Both the position numbers and the translations under genes were made by a program. From positions 192,329 through 256,328 of the forward strand of contig CAVPVV010000003.1 in NCBI GenBank assembly GCA_963709325.1: DNA of 64,000 bases, read 5' to 3'. Within the stretch, counting starts at the first letter, position 1, and each line of letters opens with the position of its first letter. The stretch is from an uncultured Acidobacteriota bacterium (lineage in GTDB: Bacteria > Acidobacteriota > Vicinamibacteria > Vicinamibacterales > UBA2999). This document shows positions 10,149 to 21,060 of the stretch, piece by piece. The notes below the pieces were generated by a model. That model was not told the DNA's origin, did no database searches, and saw only the letters and a program-made list of their open reading frames with translations.

Positions 10149-10165
10149 CCGACATCGAGGAACGC

Positions 10166-11590
10166 TTACCAGCCGAGGCTGACTCGCCGCAGGATGCGGG
10201 CTTCGAATACCTGGCCGAGGGGAAACTGTGTGCCGGTGCGATAGGCGTATGACAGCTGGAGCCGTGTCGCCGGGACGACCGGCATGTCGGTGGTCAGGCG
10301 CAGGGCACGCAACAGCTGGCCGTCCCGGTTGGTGATACCGAGCTCCGTTTCGCCGGTCAGCGCCGTATTTTCGATCAGGGCCACGCGGCCGCTGACTTTC
10401 GAGTTCACGCCGGCGCCGGTCGGAGAGGATCCCGCCGTGAGCGCGGCGCGCAGGTCCGGGCAACCCGCGCATCGGGTCGCCATCGACGGGAGATCGAGCT
10501 CGACCCGGGACGAGCCCCGCTCGACTCCCTCCGGCGCCGAGTCCGACATCCGCAGATACACGTAGCGCACCGCCATCTTGCCGGGCCCGCGCTGCCGCCA
10601 TTCGAGCGAGGTGACGTCCGACTCCCGAGACGCCGTCGCCTCGCGCTGCCGGAGGGCCGCCATCTGCCCGCTGCGGAGCCCGTCATAGGCTACGCGGAGC
10701 GATCCCAGCGCCGTGTCGTCGGCATCGGGTTCGTTCGACGGGCGCGACAAGCTCGTGAGCGCGGCAAGCGTGAGGCCTGGCAACGGCTGCACCTGTGCCT
10801 GCGCTGCTTCGCGGTCGCGCGATGAGACCAGCGCTGTGGCCGTGCCGACCGGGGCGGGTGCGCCGCGCAGCACGCTGGTCTCGATCCCGGCCCGGGGCCA
10901 CTGGCCGACAAGGCGAGCAGATGTCAACGGAGCCCAGGGGGCGTCGGCGCTCCCGGCCATTCCGAGGTCAGTCAGCACGGTCACGTTGTCGACAACCTTC
11001 GCCCGGATCGCGGTTCCGACGCTGGTCGGCGCACCGGGCGAACCGCTGGGCATCACGGCCTGGGGCGTGACCGACAGGCGGGCGGTCGGGTTGAAGCTCA
11101 CGGCGGCCGCGGCCAACGCCGGTGAGCCTGGCGCCTGCGTAGCCGACGCTGCGACGGGCATCTGCCCGAACGACACGCTCAATGGCGCACTGCCGGTGGT
11201 CGTGAACGTCAGTCCGCGCACCGGAGAGGCCAACGCCGATCCTGCGAACGGTGCGGAGCGGAAAACGGCCGGAAGCGGCTGGTCGCCGACCCGCGACGAC
11301 ACTGACAGCGTCGCGAGCTCGAGGTCCGGCAGTTCCAGCACGAGATTTCTCACCCGGGGCCCGCTGCCGTCGTCGGTCACGGAGAGGGACGGCAACGCCA
11401 GGCCGCGATCGGTTGCCGGCCTGGGCTTGAGAGCATCGATGCTAATCCGTGACATCGTGATGCCCGAGCCGAGCGAGGCCACGGTCGTGGACATGTTCGC
11501 CTCCTGCGCGGCGGCCAGGACGCGCGTCGTCAGCAGGCAAACGGCCAACACGGCGGCGACTCCGGTGATGCGCTGCACGGCTTTGTTCAA
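10166..11590 (-). CDS. secreted hypothetical protein, possible outer-membrane beta-barrel
   Basis: Signal peptide MNKAVQRITGVAAVLAVCLLTTRVLAAAQE. The body is rich in Ala/Ser/Thr/Pro. The C-terminus (QLSYAYRTGTQFPLGQVFEARILRRVSLGW) ends in an aromatic residue. I recognise no family. Confidence 0.45.
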   Translation of the reverse strand: MNKAVQRITGVAAVLAVCLLTTRVLAAAQEANMSTTVASLGSGITMSRISIDALKPRPATDRGLALPSLSVTDDGSGPRVRNLVLELPDLELATLSVSSRVGDQPLPAVFRSAPFAGSALASPVRGLTFTTTGSAPLSVSFGQMPVAASATQAPGSPALAAAAVSFNPTARLSVTPQAVMPSGSPGAPTSVGTAIRAKVVDNVTVLTDLGMAGSADAPWAPLTSARLVGQWPRAGIETSVLRGAPAPVGTATALVSSRDREAAQAQVQPLPGLTLAALTSLSRPSNEPDADDTALGSLRVAYDGLRSGQMAALRQREATASRESDVTSLEWRQRGPGKMAVRYVYLRMSDSAPEGVERGSSRVELDLPSMATRCAGCPDLRAALTAGSSPTGAGVNSKVSGRVALIENTALTGETELGITNRDGQLLRALRLTTDMPVVPATRLQLSYAYRTGTQFPLGQVFEARILRRVSLGW

Positions 11591-11662
11591 GACCCGTGCA
11601 TCGTATCGGTCATCGGCGTCGTCGCGACATCGGGCAAAGGGGGGAGAAGCGCCGGCCCCCTG

Positions 11663-12790
11663 TCAGGGCAGGCTGACCGCGAGCCCGAACGCGCCCAGCA
11701 ACTCATTCGTCGTGAACGTGCAGTGGCCGTAGCGGTCCACCGGAATCGGGAGGAAGCGGCCGCGGTCGAACAGATCTACCTTCGGCAGGTACAGCAGTTC
11801 GTGTCCGAACGGCACCAGGTCGTCCCGCGTCGTGTGCAGTGTCACGAGAGGGATGCTCAGGTCTCCGCTCGTCTCGTAGTTGCCGAGGGCCTGCAGGGCC
11901 GCCGGCGACGCAGAAAAGCGGCGGACTAGCAGGTTCAGCCGAAGGTCGTTGCTCGACCCGAAATACCATGTGAACCGGTTGCCAAATGGGTTCCCGCCGA
12001 GTTTCTGCCGCGCGTCGTTGGTGGCGACGACGTTGGAGGTCAGCACGTCGAACGTGGTGTTGAGGATCGTGAGCGGAGTGGCCGGGTCGAAGGCTGCCTT
12101 CGACACGCGCATCAGGTCAAGCGCCTTGCCTGGATTTGCGACCAGCGCCGCGGCAACTCGCGGCTTGTAGACCGATTCCCAATCGACGATGACCTCGGCT
12201 GGAATATCGATCGCCGAACCGGGAATGATTCCGGGGAAGAAGTAGTCGAACAGGACGCGGAAGTCGCCGACGTAATTGACCTGCAGCCTGAAATTGCCGA
12301 TCGGGGCACAGGCGGCAAAGGCGCTCGCGAACAACTCCGGCGAGCGCTCGGCCAGGAGCGTCGCGACGAGCCCGCCTTCGGAGACGCCGGCGATATGGGT
12401 GCGTGTCGGCGGCGGGTGCCTGGCGTCGAACGCCGCCACGAGCTCGCGGACATCGTCCACGCCCTCCAGGATCACCAGCCCATTCTGGCGATAACTCGTC
12501 GTCGCGAAGGCAAACCCAAGCGACACGAGCACGACCGGCAGTGACGTGCCGTCGTTGGTCGACAGCTGATAGAAGTCAAGAGGCAGGAACGGCGCCACGA
12601 AACCGTGCGCATAGACGACCAGCTGGCCGTTCCATCCGACTGGCGGGACGCAGATGAGCGACCGTGCGCCGCTTGGCAGGACACCGAGCTCACATCCGGG
12701 GGGCAGCGCCTGCGCGGTCGCCGGCGACGGCAGCAGGAGCAGGAGGGCGAGGACAAGCGTTCCGAGCGACGCGCGGAGGATCGCGCACAT
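11663..12790 (-). CDS. secreted alpha/beta-hydrolase-fold protein
   Basis: ATG at 12790 gives the signal peptide MCAILRASLGTLVLALLLLLPSPATAQA. The nucleophile elbow is HIAGVSEGG (GxSxG). The ORF track extends to 13033 across the intergenic region, which is unlikely to be coding. Confidence 0.6.
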   Translation of the reverse strand: MCAILRASLGTLVLALLLLLPSPATAQALPPGCELGVLPSGARSLICVPPVGWNGQLVVYAHGFVAPFLPLDFYQLSTNDGTSLPVVLVSLGFAFATTSYRQNGLVILEGVDDVRELVAAFDARHPPPTRTHIAGVSEGGLVATLLAERSPELFASAFAACAPIGNFRLQVNYVGDFRVLFDYFFPGIIPGSAIDIPAEVIVDWESVYKPRVAAALVANPGKALDLMRVSKAAFDPATPLTILNTTFDVLTSNVVATNDARQKLGGNPFGNRFTWYFGSSNDLRLNLLVRRFSASPAALQALGNYETSGDLSIPLVTLHTTRDDLVPFGHELLYLPKVDLFDRGRFLPIPVDRYGHCTFTTNELLGAFGLAVSLP

Positions 12791-12864
12791 GCAGCGGCTC
12801 CTTTCAGATGGAGGCGACGCGAGGAGTATACGGCTACCGCGGCCCGGTCTGACGCGACGGCACA

Positions 12865-12957
12865 CCCATAGATATTCGACTGATAGCGCTGTCGAAATCT
12901 CTATTGCAGAGATTGTCGGAAGGTGTCTGACCGCTTCCGCGATTCCCATAGATATTC
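12865..12957. promoter_or_regulatory. divergent control region: 13-bp direct repeat x2 flanking an inverted repeat
   Basis: CCCATAGATATTC occurs at 12865-12877 and again, perfectly, at 12945-12957. AATCTCT-N5-AGAGATT lies at 12896-12914. The region sits between the divergent hydrolase and PadR genes and is a likely PadR operator/promoter. Confidence 0.45.
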
Positions 12958-12977
12958 TAGTGGAGTAAACTCCGGCC

Positions 12978-13331
12978 GTGCCCCGACGCTCCAGTCCCGG
13001 CAGCGGCGACATGCTCCAGGGCGCCCTGGACATGTTGATCCTGCGATCCCTGGTCCTCGGCCCGGCCCATGGTCATACCATCGCGCACGCCATCGCCCAG
13101 CGATCGGAGCAGGTGCTGCAGGTCGAGCATGGCTCGCTCTATCCGGCGCTTCACCGGCTCGAGGACCGAGGCTGCGTCGCATCGTTCTGGGGCACGTCCG
13201 AGAACAACCGCAAGGCGAAGTACTACCGGCTGACGCCGTCGGGGCGGAAGATGCTGGCCGCGGAAACGAGCCGATGGGAGCAACTGGCGCGGGCGATCGC
13301 CCAGGTGCTGAACCCGGCGGACGAGCAATGA
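12978..13331 (+). CDS. PadR-family transcriptional regulator
   Basis: [27 protein letters not shown]...[42 protein letters not shown] is a classic PadR winged helix. The start is either GTG 12978 or ATG 13011. Confidence 0.9.
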   Translation: MPRRSSPGSGDMLQGALDMLILRSLVLGPAHGHTIAHAIAQRSEQVLQVEHGSLYPALHRLEDRGCVASFWGTSENNRKAKYYRLTPSGRKMLAAETSRWEQLARAIAQVLNPADEQ

Positions 13332-16012
13332 CCTGGCGCCGTTTCTTCAACCGCCGTCAGCGCGACGAGGAGCTCCAGCGCGAGATCGCGTCGTACATCG
13401 CGTTCGAAACCGACGACAACATTGCCCGCGGCCTATCGCCGCGCGACGCCCACGACGCCGCCGTCCGCAAGTTCGGCAACGTGACTCGCGTGCGAGAGGA
13501 CGTGTACGTGATGAACACTGTGATGCCTCTCGACACGCTCTGGCAGGACATCAGGCTCGCGGTTCGGCTCCTGAGGCGGGACAAGGGGTTCACAATCGCC
13601 GCGATCCTGTCGCTTGCGCTCGGGATCGGCGCCAACACGGCCCTCTTTCAGTTGCTCGACGTTGTCCGGCTGCGCAGTCTTCCGGTCGCCGCGCCCGATC
13701 GCCTCGTCAAGGTGTCGTTGCCGCCCGGCAGCGAGCGCAGCGGCAGCTTCAGCAGCCGGTGGCCGGAGATGACGTTCGCGCAGTTCGAGCAAATCGGCCG
13801 GAACCAGAGAATCTTCACCGGGCTGTTTGCGTGGAGCAGCCGCGGCGTGAACACGGCGGACGGTGGGATCATCCGCGAGGTGGACACGCTGTGGCTGAGC
13901 GGCGACGCGTTCGGCGTGCTGGGGGTCCGGCCGGAGCTCGGCCGGGTATTCGGACGCGACGACGACCGGTCTGGATGCGCGCCGATCGCCGTGATCAGTC
14001 ACGCCTACTGGCAGCGCGCGCTCGGCGGAGATACTTCGGTCCTGGGCCGCACCATCCGGCTCGAGGGCACCTCGTTCGAGATCGTCGGCATCACCACGCC
14101 GGGGTTCTACGGGCTCGACGTCGGCCGCCGCTTCGATGTCGCGATCCCGCTGTGCACCGACCCCTTGCTGAACCCGTCGAATCGGCTGGAGACGCGGCGC
14201 AGCTGGTGGCTGTCGGCCGTCGGCCGGCTCCCCTCCGGAGTCACGCTCAAGCAGGCCACCGAGCACCTGAAAGCGATCGCGCCGGCGGTGATGAAGTCCA
14301 CGGTGCCGCCGGACTCGAGCGGCGAGGGGATCGAGAAATATCTCGCCAACACGTTGCAGGCCTCTCCCCTGCTGTCTGGCGTCTCGGATGTGCGCGACAC
14401 GTTCGGGACGGTCCTGATCGTCCTGCTCGCGGGGACCGGGATCGTGTTGCTGATCGCGTGTGCGAACCTGGCCAGCCTGCTGCTGGCACGTGGCACCGCC
14501 CGTCAGAAGGAAATCGCGGTCCGCCTGGCGATTGGCGCATCCCGCCGGCGAGTGGTGCGGCAGCTGCTCGTCGAGAGCGCAATCCTTGTCGCAGCCGGCG
14601 TCGTCGCGGGCACGATCGTGGCCCGCGGCCTCACCACCGTGGTCGTGACGCAGCTCGCCGACGGGATGGGCCCGGTGTTTCTCGACATCCAGTGGAACCT
14701 CAACGTCCTCGGATTCACGGCCGGCGTTGCCGCCGTGACCTGCCTGCTGTGTGGCCTGGCCCCTGCCCTGAAGGCGACCGCGCTGGCGCCGGCTGCCGCG
14801 ATGCGTGCTGACGGCCGCGGCATGACTCAGGGTCCCGATCGCTTCCGATTCCGGCGTCTGCTCCTGATCGGCCAGGTCGGCCTGTCAGTGGTCCTGCTGC
14901 TAGGCGCCGTCCTGTTCACGCGAACGCTTTACAACCTGCTCAACGTCAACGTCGGCTTCGATCAGCAGGTCGTGGTGGCCGGCCTGTCGCACAGGAGCCT
15001 GGCGGAGGGCACGCTGGATCAGCGGCAGCTGCTTCGCGAGCGGCTGCGCGACGCGATTGCCGCCCATCCCGCGGTTGCCGACGTCGCGGCGTCGCGGAAC
15101 CAGCCGCTGACCGGACGATGGTGGAACGACTACGTCTACGTGGACGTTTCGTCGGAGAAGCTGCTGTCGAACTTCAACCGTGTCAGTCCCAACTACTTCC
15201 GGATGTTGGGCATTCCGATTCTCAAGGGCCGCGGTTTCCTGCCGCAGGATGTACAGCAGGCGCCAGCTGTCGCGGTGGTCAGCGACGCCTTCGCGAGAAA
15301 GGCTTTTCCGAATGGCGACGCGCTCGGACACACGCTCTGGATCGAGACGCCGCCCGGCCAGCCGGCTCGGCGGATTGAGATCGTAGGCATTGCCGCGGAT
15401 GCGAAGTACGAGGACATCCGCAGCGATTTCGCGCCGGTGGTCCACCTCCCTGCCGCGCAGGACGATGAGCTGCGCGAAGCCGCGTGGTTCGTCGTCAAGC
15501 CGCGCGGGCCGATCGACGACCTGCCGGCGGCCATCGAGCAGAGCGTTGCCGGCGTGAATCCGGCGATCGCTCTTCATGTGACGGTCCTCAGCCGCCAGGT
15601 CCGAGAAGGGCTCCTGCGCGAGCGCCTGATGGCCGGCCTGTCGGTCGCGTTCGGGTCGCTGGCGGCGCTGCTAGCCGCGATTGGCCTCTACGGCGTGATG
15701 TCGTACATGGTCACGCGGCGTTCGAGCGAGTTTGGTATCCGCCTGGCCCTCGGCGCTCACCGTCGCGACGTGGTCCGCATTGTCGTCGGCGAAGCCGGCG
15801 TGGTCGTCGCGATTGGACTCGCCATCGGCATTCCGCTCGGCCTCGGCGCGGCGGCAGCTGCGCGAAGCCTCCTCTTCGGCCTGGAACCGACCGATCCCGC
15901 TACGATCGCCATCGCGGTCGCTCTTCTCGCCGCGATCGGACTGCTGGCCGCGTACCTGCCCGCGCGACGGGCGTCGCGGCTGGATCCGGTCGAGGTCCTC
16001 CGGATGGAGTAA
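13328..16012 (+). CDS. ADOP-family duplicated FtsX/MacB-type permease
   Basis: ATGA overlap with the PadR gene. The hallmark leader is [51 protein letters not shown]. Two MacB-periplasmic/FtsX halves follow, ending [13 protein letters not shown]. Confidence 0.9.
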   Translation: MTWRRFFNRRQRDEELQREIASYIAFETDDNIARGLSPRDAHDAAVRKFGNVTRVREDVYVMNTVMPLDTLWQDIRLAVRLLRRDKGFTIAAILSLALGIGANTALFQLLDVVRLRSLPVAAPDRLVKVSLPPGSERSGSFSSRWPEMTFAQFEQIGRNQRIFTGLFAWSSRGVNTADGGIIREVDTLWLSGDAFGVLGVRPELGRVFGRDDDRSGCAPIAVISHAYWQRALGGDTSVLGRTIRLEGTSFEIVGITTPGFYGLDVGRRFDVAIPLCTDPLLNPSNRLETRRSWWLSAVGRLPSGVTLKQATEHLKAIAPAVMKSTVPPDSSGEGIEKYLANTLQASPLLSGVSDVRDTFGTVLIVLLAGTGIVLLIACANLASLLLARGTARQKEIAVRLAIGASRRRVVRQLLVESAILVAAGVVAGTIVARGLTTVVVTQLADGMGPVFLDIQWNLNVLGFTAGVAAVTCLLCGLAPALKATALAPAAAMRADGRGMTQGPDRFRFRRLLLIGQVGLSVVLLLGAVLFTRTLYNLLNVNVGFDQQVVVAGLSHRSLAEGTLDQRQLLRERLRDAIAAHPAVADVAASRNQPLTGRWWNDYVYVDVSSEKLLSNFNRVSPNYFRMLGIPILKGRGFLPQDVQQAPAVAVVSDAFARKAFPNGDALGHTLWIETPPGQPARRIEIVGIAADAKYEDIRSDFAPVVHLPAAQDDELREAAWFVVKPRGPIDDLPAAIEQSVAGVNPAIALHVTVLSRQVREGLLRERLMAGLSVAFGSLAALLAAIGLYGVMSYMVTRRSSEFGIRLALGAHRRDVVRIVVGEAGVVVAIGLAIGIPLGLGAAAAARSLLFGLEPTDPATIAIAVALLAAIGLLAAYLPARRASRLDPVEVLRME

Positions 16013-16138
16013 TCCGCCGGACTACATGAACCAGGTCACGACCAATCCGGCGTGGGTGCGTTCAGGGTTCGGAAGGGCCTGGTCCTGGCGGGCGGCGCCG
16101 GACATACCCGAGGCCGTCGAAGACGGTGTCCACGATGC

Positions 16139-18040
16139 TTACCCGACGTGGATCCGCGGCCGCCGGCTTGGATCGGGTTCGGCCTGACGCAGTACTTCAC
16201 GCGCAACGGGTGCGGTATCGCCCTCGCCGAATGCCAGGAACTTCAGAAGGTAGGTGATGGGATTGCCCTCGGTCCAACCGAAGTATGCGTGCGGGGGGAC
16301 TCCTGTACGGTCGCGAAGGTCGAGGAGCACCGCGGCAATGGCGTTGGGGATGGCGGGGCTGGTGGTTGCCAGCACCTGATACTCGCCAAGGTTCTTGCCC
16401 GACACCCGCAGCTCGTCGGCGAACGCCGAGACATCGCTCGGAAACACCTCGAGAAAGACCACGCACGAGTCAGGCGGCAGATGGTGTGACTGGCGCGCCT
16501 CGTTCAGCTTCTGGGCGTACTCCTCTGGCAATCCGGAGTCAGGACGGTTGGCGATGATCCGCAGCGGCGATCCCGCCGCGGCGGAGACGATCGCTTCGGC
16601 CGCCGGGTCGTAGCGCACGCCGCTGGCGCGCAGCTCCGTCGAGCGCATCACGCGAGAGACGAGCGAGGTAACGATCATGACGGCGATGAACCAGAGCGCA
16701 ATCGTCAAGCCTTCCGGCCGCTCGACGATGTTGACCAGTGTCGTGTAGGCGAACACCGCGAACACGAGTCCAAACCGCACCCGCCGGCTCGGTGTCGCAA
16801 TCGTCGCGGCAAACGCCACCGAAGAGATCAGGACGAGCACGCCGGTTGCGTAGGCGCCTGCCTGCGCGTTCACGTCGGCGTTGAAGAGGAGCGTGACGAG
16901 GCACGCGGTGCCGGTGATGATCAGGATCAGCGGACGCTCGGCACGGGCCCATTCCGGCGCCATCCCGTATCGCGGAAGGTAGCGCGGGATCAGGTTCAGC
17001 AGGCCGGCCATCGCCGAGGCCCCGGCGAACCACAGGATCGTGATGGTCGCCAGGTCGTAGAGCGTGCCAAACAGGTCGCCGAAGTCGCGGTGCGCGATAT
17101 AGGCGAGCGCACGCCCGTTCGCCGCGCCGTCTCCCTGATACGCCTCCGGCGGGATGAGCAGCGTCGCGACCACGCTGCTGCCCACCAGCAGCACGCTCAT
17201 GATCGAGGCCGCGAGCGTCAGCAGCTTCTTCGTGTTCCGGATGCGAGCGGCGAGCCTCTCGTCCTCTGACTCCCCCTCGGCGCGAACCAGCGGCATGACG
17301 GCGACACCAGTCTCGAATCCGGACAGGCCGAGCGCGAGCCGTGGGAACACGAGCAAGGCCGCCAGGACGGCCAACCCGTAATTCGGCTCCTGCTGCAGCA
17401 GCCGGGACTGCCAGTTGGCGAGCAGTTCGGGCTGGTTCACGATCTGGGACAGGCCGTGCGCGATCACCACGAGATTGAAACTGATGTAGACGGCCACGAT
17501 GATCGCCGCCACCGAGACCGCCTCCTTGAGCCCGCGCAGGAAGACGACGCCGAGCGCTCCGATTAGCGCAAGCGTGACCGCCACCGGATGCGGCACCAGA
17601 AACCGCATGAACGGGTTCTCGACGATGTGGGCCGCGGCGTCGGCCGCCGACACGGTAATGGTGATCACGAACGCGGTGGCGGCAAATCCGAGCAGGCACA
17701 GCACCAGCGCCTTGCCACGCCACCGTGGAAGCCGCTCCTCCAGCACCGCCACGCTGCCCTGACCGAACGGACTCAGTTCGGCGATGCGGGCATACGCCGG
17801 CAGCGCCCCGAACAGCGTCACCAGAACGAGTACGAGCGTGGCCAGGGGCGACAGAAAGCCGGCGGCGATGAACGCGATGCTTGGTTGATATCCCAGCGTC
17901 GAGAAGTAATCGACGCCGGTCAGGCACATCACCTGCCACCAGGGTGCGGTATGACGGCTCCCGTGCGCCGCTTCAGCGGGGTGGATGCCCTTGAGCAGCC
18001 AGCGGCGAGCGATGCTGGTGGACGCGGCGAGAGACGGCAC
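16139..18040 (-). CDS. APC-superfamily-like transporter with C-terminal soluble domain
   Basis: 633 aa. There are at least 10 hydrophobic helices over the first ~430 aa ([19 protein letters not shown]...) followed by a ~190 aa hydrophilic tail. The family assignment is tentative. Confidence 0.5.
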   Translation of the reverse strand: MPSLAASTSIARRWLLKGIHPAEAAHGSRHTAPWWQVMCLTGVDYFSTLGYQPSIAFIAAGFLSPLATLVLVLVTLFGALPAYARIAELSPFGQGSVAVLEERLPRWRGKALVLCLLGFAATAFVITITVSAADAAAHIVENPFMRFLVPHPVAVTLALIGALGVVFLRGLKEAVSVAAIIVAVYISFNLVVIAHGLSQIVNQPELLANWQSRLLQQEPNYGLAVLAALLVFPRLALGLSGFETGVAVMPLVRAEGESEDERLAARIRNTKKLLTLAASIMSVLLVGSSVVATLLIPPEAYQGDGAANGRALAYIAHRDFGDLFGTLYDLATITILWFAGASAMAGLLNLIPRYLPRYGMAPEWARAERPLILIITGTACLVTLLFNADVNAQAGAYATGVLVLISSVAFAATIATPSRRVRFGLVFAVFAYTTLVNIVERPEGLTIALWFIAVMIVTSLVSRVMRSTELRASGVRYDPAAEAIVSAAAGSPLRIIANRPDSGLPEEYAQKLNEARQSHHLPPDSCVVFLEVFPSDVSAFADELRVSGKNLGEYQVLATTSPAIPNAIAAVLLDLRDRTGVPPHAYFGWTEGNPITYLLKFLAFGEGDTAPVAREVLRQAEPDPSRRPRIHVG

Positions 18041-18167
18041 CGAACAGGGAGCTTAGCAAACCTGGGCTGCGATTGCCGATGCCGAACTGGCAGCAGCCGT
18101 CGAGTTGCAGCGCTCCCCGCACGGGCTCAACGCAAACAGACCCGCGTCGTGTGCTCAGCGTCTCGTA

Positions 18168-21002
18168 TCAAAAACTGAACTTCCCGCTGAGCATCAGGCG
18201 ACGCGGCGCGACGAACGTCCCGGGGTATTGATACTGGCCGTTGGTCACGTTCGATGACACGACCGCCTGCGGGCTGTTTTCGTTGTTCAGGTTCAGGACG
18301 TCGAGGAACAGCGTCAGCCGGGAGTTGCCTCCCGCGGCGAACTCCTTCTGCATCCGGAAATCGACAATCGTGGTCCAGGGCAACCGGTCGAGCTCGCCAC
18401 GCGGTTGCAGAATGATGGTCGTGGACGGCTGTCCGGCCACCGAGGCCGGGATCGACCGTGTCCGAATCCGATGTGCGTTGCCATGAGAGTCGAGGCTCGC
18501 CGATGCTTGCAACCGCCACGGCAGATTCACGACCCCCTGCGCCTTGTATTGCCAGCCGACGTCGCCGTTCAGCCTGCCCACCGCATTCACGAAGTCATTG
18601 GGGTTTCGACCGAAGGGCTGGAACTCCAGACCGCTCCGTTGTTGGATGCTCGTGCTCCGCAGACTGCCTCCGACCGCGCCCTCCGACCGGAGGTAGGTGA
18701 CCGACGCATTCGCGAACCACTGCGTCATTCGTTTGGTCACGTTGGCCGTGAACGCGTGGATGTTCGTGAACACGCCATCCGAGTTCCCCAGCTCGAAAAT
18801 GCGGGCACCCGGATCGCTGGTCAGCCTCTGGATTGTGATCGTTTGGCCTGTGGCACCTGTGCCGACGTCGTCTACCACGGTCACCGGAACGTAGGTGCCG
18901 ACGGTGTCACGCCAAGCGGCGAACTGGCGGCCCCACTTCCGAACATAGTTCACCTGGAGGCCGATCTTCGACGTCAGCTCCTGCTCGACGCCGACGATGA
19001 ACTGATCGGTGTGCGGGTTGTTGTAAGAGGACGAGACCTTGAGGCTCTCAGGGCTGCTCGTCACGAACAGGTCCTCGACCTCGCCGGTGGCAAAGTTGTA
19101 GGTCCCCTGGTAATACGGCTTGATGTTGGGGCCGATGACGTTGGCGAACTCGCCGGTCGTAATCTGCGGATGGTAGCGACCCCAGTGCGACTTGAGGACC
19201 GTCCTCCCGGTCGAGTTGAGTTTGATGTTGACGCCCAGGCGCGGCGAGATGCTGTTCCACGTGAAGAAGTCGGTCTTGGGGAATGTGCGGCCGGTCGGCT
19301 GCGCGTTATCGTCGAGTTCCTGCTGCTCCGGGGCCAGAGCCTTGCTGTAGTCGCCGCGCACGCCGAGGTTCATCGTGATGCGATCGCCAATCCGCACGTT
19401 GCTGTCGATGAATGCGCCGAGGTTCCGGATCTCCGCCGCATAGGAGAACGGCTGGCGCACGTTGCCGTATCCATAGGGCACGCCGCCGACCAGGTAGGTG
19501 TAGATGAAATCGTTGTAGCCGTACACACCGGAGACGCCAGCCTGGTTGTACTGCACGCCGAAGTGGAAGTCCTCTTCAGCGCCCAGGAACTGGGCGGCAT
19601 GCCGCGATATCTTGGCGGTCGCAGTGGTGCGATAGGCATCGTAGTGATACCAGTAGTAGTTGCCGCCGCTGATCGTGTTGGTCGCACCGTTGTAGATGCG
19701 GGGCATGTCCAGCGGCAGGCTCGGGTCGGATGGATAGCCGGTGACGTTGCCGTAGAACCCCGAGTACCGCACCTCCAGCAGAGTCTTGTCGGACAACGTC
19801 GCCGTGTACCCCACGCCCGGCGTCGGCGCCTTCTGGGTCCGGGTCCACGCCGTGGACGGCGTCTCGTTGAAGCTGTAACCCGTGTCGCTGGGAAAGCGAT
19901 CGAAATGGAAGTTGCCAACCAGCCGCTGCTTCGGTGTCACCTGCCAGGTGACCTTGGCCATTACGCGATCTTTGGTCGTGTCGATCGAGCTGCCGGGCAG
20001 TTCCGAGTTCACGCCGACGCGGGTGAATTCGTCCTTCTGGTGCCCATAGGATCCGAAGAAGAACACCCGGTCCCTGATGATCGGGCCGCCGAGTTGGGCC
20101 GTCACTTCGTAGTAGTCGCCACGCGTCCATGGACACCGGGCGTTGGGGTTGTCCGAGCAGGCGTCCGCAAAATTGCCATTCGGAAATTTGACGTTCTTGG
20201 TGTTGTTCGACGTCATGCCGTCGGTCTGGAAGAACGCCCTTGCGTCGCCATGGAACTGGTTCGTGCCCTGCTTGGTGACGATGTTGTAGACGGCGCCCAT
20301 GAGGTTGCCGTACTCGGCGGGCGCGCCGAGCGCAAGAATCTCGATCTCCTCGACCGCATCCGGATTGGGCTCGGAGAAGCCCTCGCTGAAGAAATTGTCG
20401 GTCACGTTTACGCCGTCGAGCTGGAACGCGTTTTCGTCAAACGAAGCGCCAAAGCTCATGGTCCGGCGTTCGCCGGCGGCGGTTCCGTCTCCGCCTTTGA
20501 CCGACCCCGGCGCCTGGGACAGCAGATCGTAAATGCCGGCGCGCCTCGTTGGCGCCGCGGTCAGCCACTCCTGGTCGAAAGTCGTCCCGACTTCGTTCGA
20601 CGTGGTATCGATGACCGGCGACTCGGCGACCACGCTGACGGTTTCGGCGAGCTGGCCGATCTCGAGTCCGACGTTCTGATCGACCACCCCACCCAGATTG
20701 ATGCGGATGCCCTCGAGGACGACGGCCTTGAACCCCGACAGCTCGTATCTGACGGTGTAGGTTCCTGGCGGCAGGTTGGGAACGCGGTAACTGCCGTTCT
20801 CGGTGGTGACGGTGGTCTGGGTGCCCGCGATCCGCGGGCCGCTGACGGTCACCGTCACTCCCGGAAGGAGAGCACCAGACGAGTCGCGCACCACACCAAG
20901 GAGATCGCCGGTGGTGCGCTGGGCCTCGGCAACTGACGCGAGAGCCAGGAACATGAACACCCACGAACGAACGACGCCGCTACACGTGGTCCCGTCACAC
21001 AT
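18168..21002 (-). CDS. TonB-dependent receptor with N-terminal carboxypeptidase-regulatory-like domain
   Basis: Signal peptide. The CarboxypepD_reg-like segment is GVVRDSSGALLPGVTVTVSG...NGSYRVPNLPPGTYTVRYELSGFK. A plug and a long beta-barrel follow, with the terminal motif LMLSGKFSF. Confidence 0.85.
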   Translation of the reverse strand: MCDGTTCSGVVRSWVFMFLALASVAEAQRTTGDLLGVVRDSSGALLPGVTVTVSGPRIAGTQTTVTTENGSYRVPNLPPGTYTVRYELSGFKAVVLEGIRINLGGVVDQNVGLEIGQLAETVSVVAESPVIDTTSNEVGTTFDQEWLTAAPTRRAGIYDLLSQAPGSVKGGDGTAAGERRTMSFGASFDENAFQLDGVNVTDNFFSEGFSEPNPDAVEEIEILALGAPAEYGNLMGAVYNIVTKQGTNQFHGDARAFFQTDGMTSNNTKNVKFPNGNFADACSDNPNARCPWTRGDYYEVTAQLGGPIIRDRVFFFGSYGHQKDEFTRVGVNSELPGSSIDTTKDRVMAKVTWQVTPKQRLVGNFHFDRFPSDTGYSFNETPSTAWTRTQKAPTPGVGYTATLSDKTLLEVRYSGFYGNVTGYPSDPSLPLDMPRIYNGATNTISGGNYYWYHYDAYRTTATAKISRHAAQFLGAEEDFHFGVQYNQAGVSGVYGYNDFIYTYLVGGVPYGYGNVRQPFSYAAEIRNLGAFIDSNVRIGDRITMNLGVRGDYSKALAPEQQELDDNAQPTGRTFPKTDFFTWNSISPRLGVNIKLNSTGRTVLKSHWGRYHPQITTGEFANVIGPNIKPYYQGTYNFATGEVEDLFVTSSPESLKVSSSYNNPHTDQFIVGVEQELTSKIGLQVNYVRKWGRQFAAWRDTVGTYVPVTVVDDVGTGATGQTITIQRLTSDPGARIFELGNSDGVFTNIHAFTANVTKRMTQWFANASVTYLRSEGAVGGSLRSTSIQQRSGLEFQPFGRNPNDFVNAVGRLNGDVGWQYKAQGVVNLPWRLQASASLDSHGNAHRIRTRSIPASVAGQPSTTIILQPRGELDRLPWTTIVDFRMQKEFAAGGNSRLTLFLDVLNLNNENSPQAVVSSNVTNGQYQYPGTFVAPRRLMLSGKFSF

Positions 21003-21060
21003 GACGATCCTCTCCCGTGCGGTCGAACGTGCCGCTCTTGCAGTTGCCGGTGGCTGAACT

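Noticed and set aside
10139-10158. An 8-bp perfect stem-loop (tcgatgtc cacc gacatcga) just after the stop of the 474-aa gene, considered as a terminator.
   Set aside because: No U-tract follows it on the minus strand, and it overlaps the predicted -35 box of the next gene. It is ambiguous and is not called as a terminator.
18405-20936. An 843-aa ORF on the plus strand, together with similar very long ORFs at 39740-41749, 41634-43415, 23865-25580, 27884-29365, 31317-32813, 25668-26996, 13433-14266 and 58888-59862.
   Set aside because: All lie antisense to, or out of frame with, genes that have clear family signatures. Their translations are Arg/Ala/Gly/Pro-rich with no motifs, which is the usual shadow-ORF effect in high-GC DNA.
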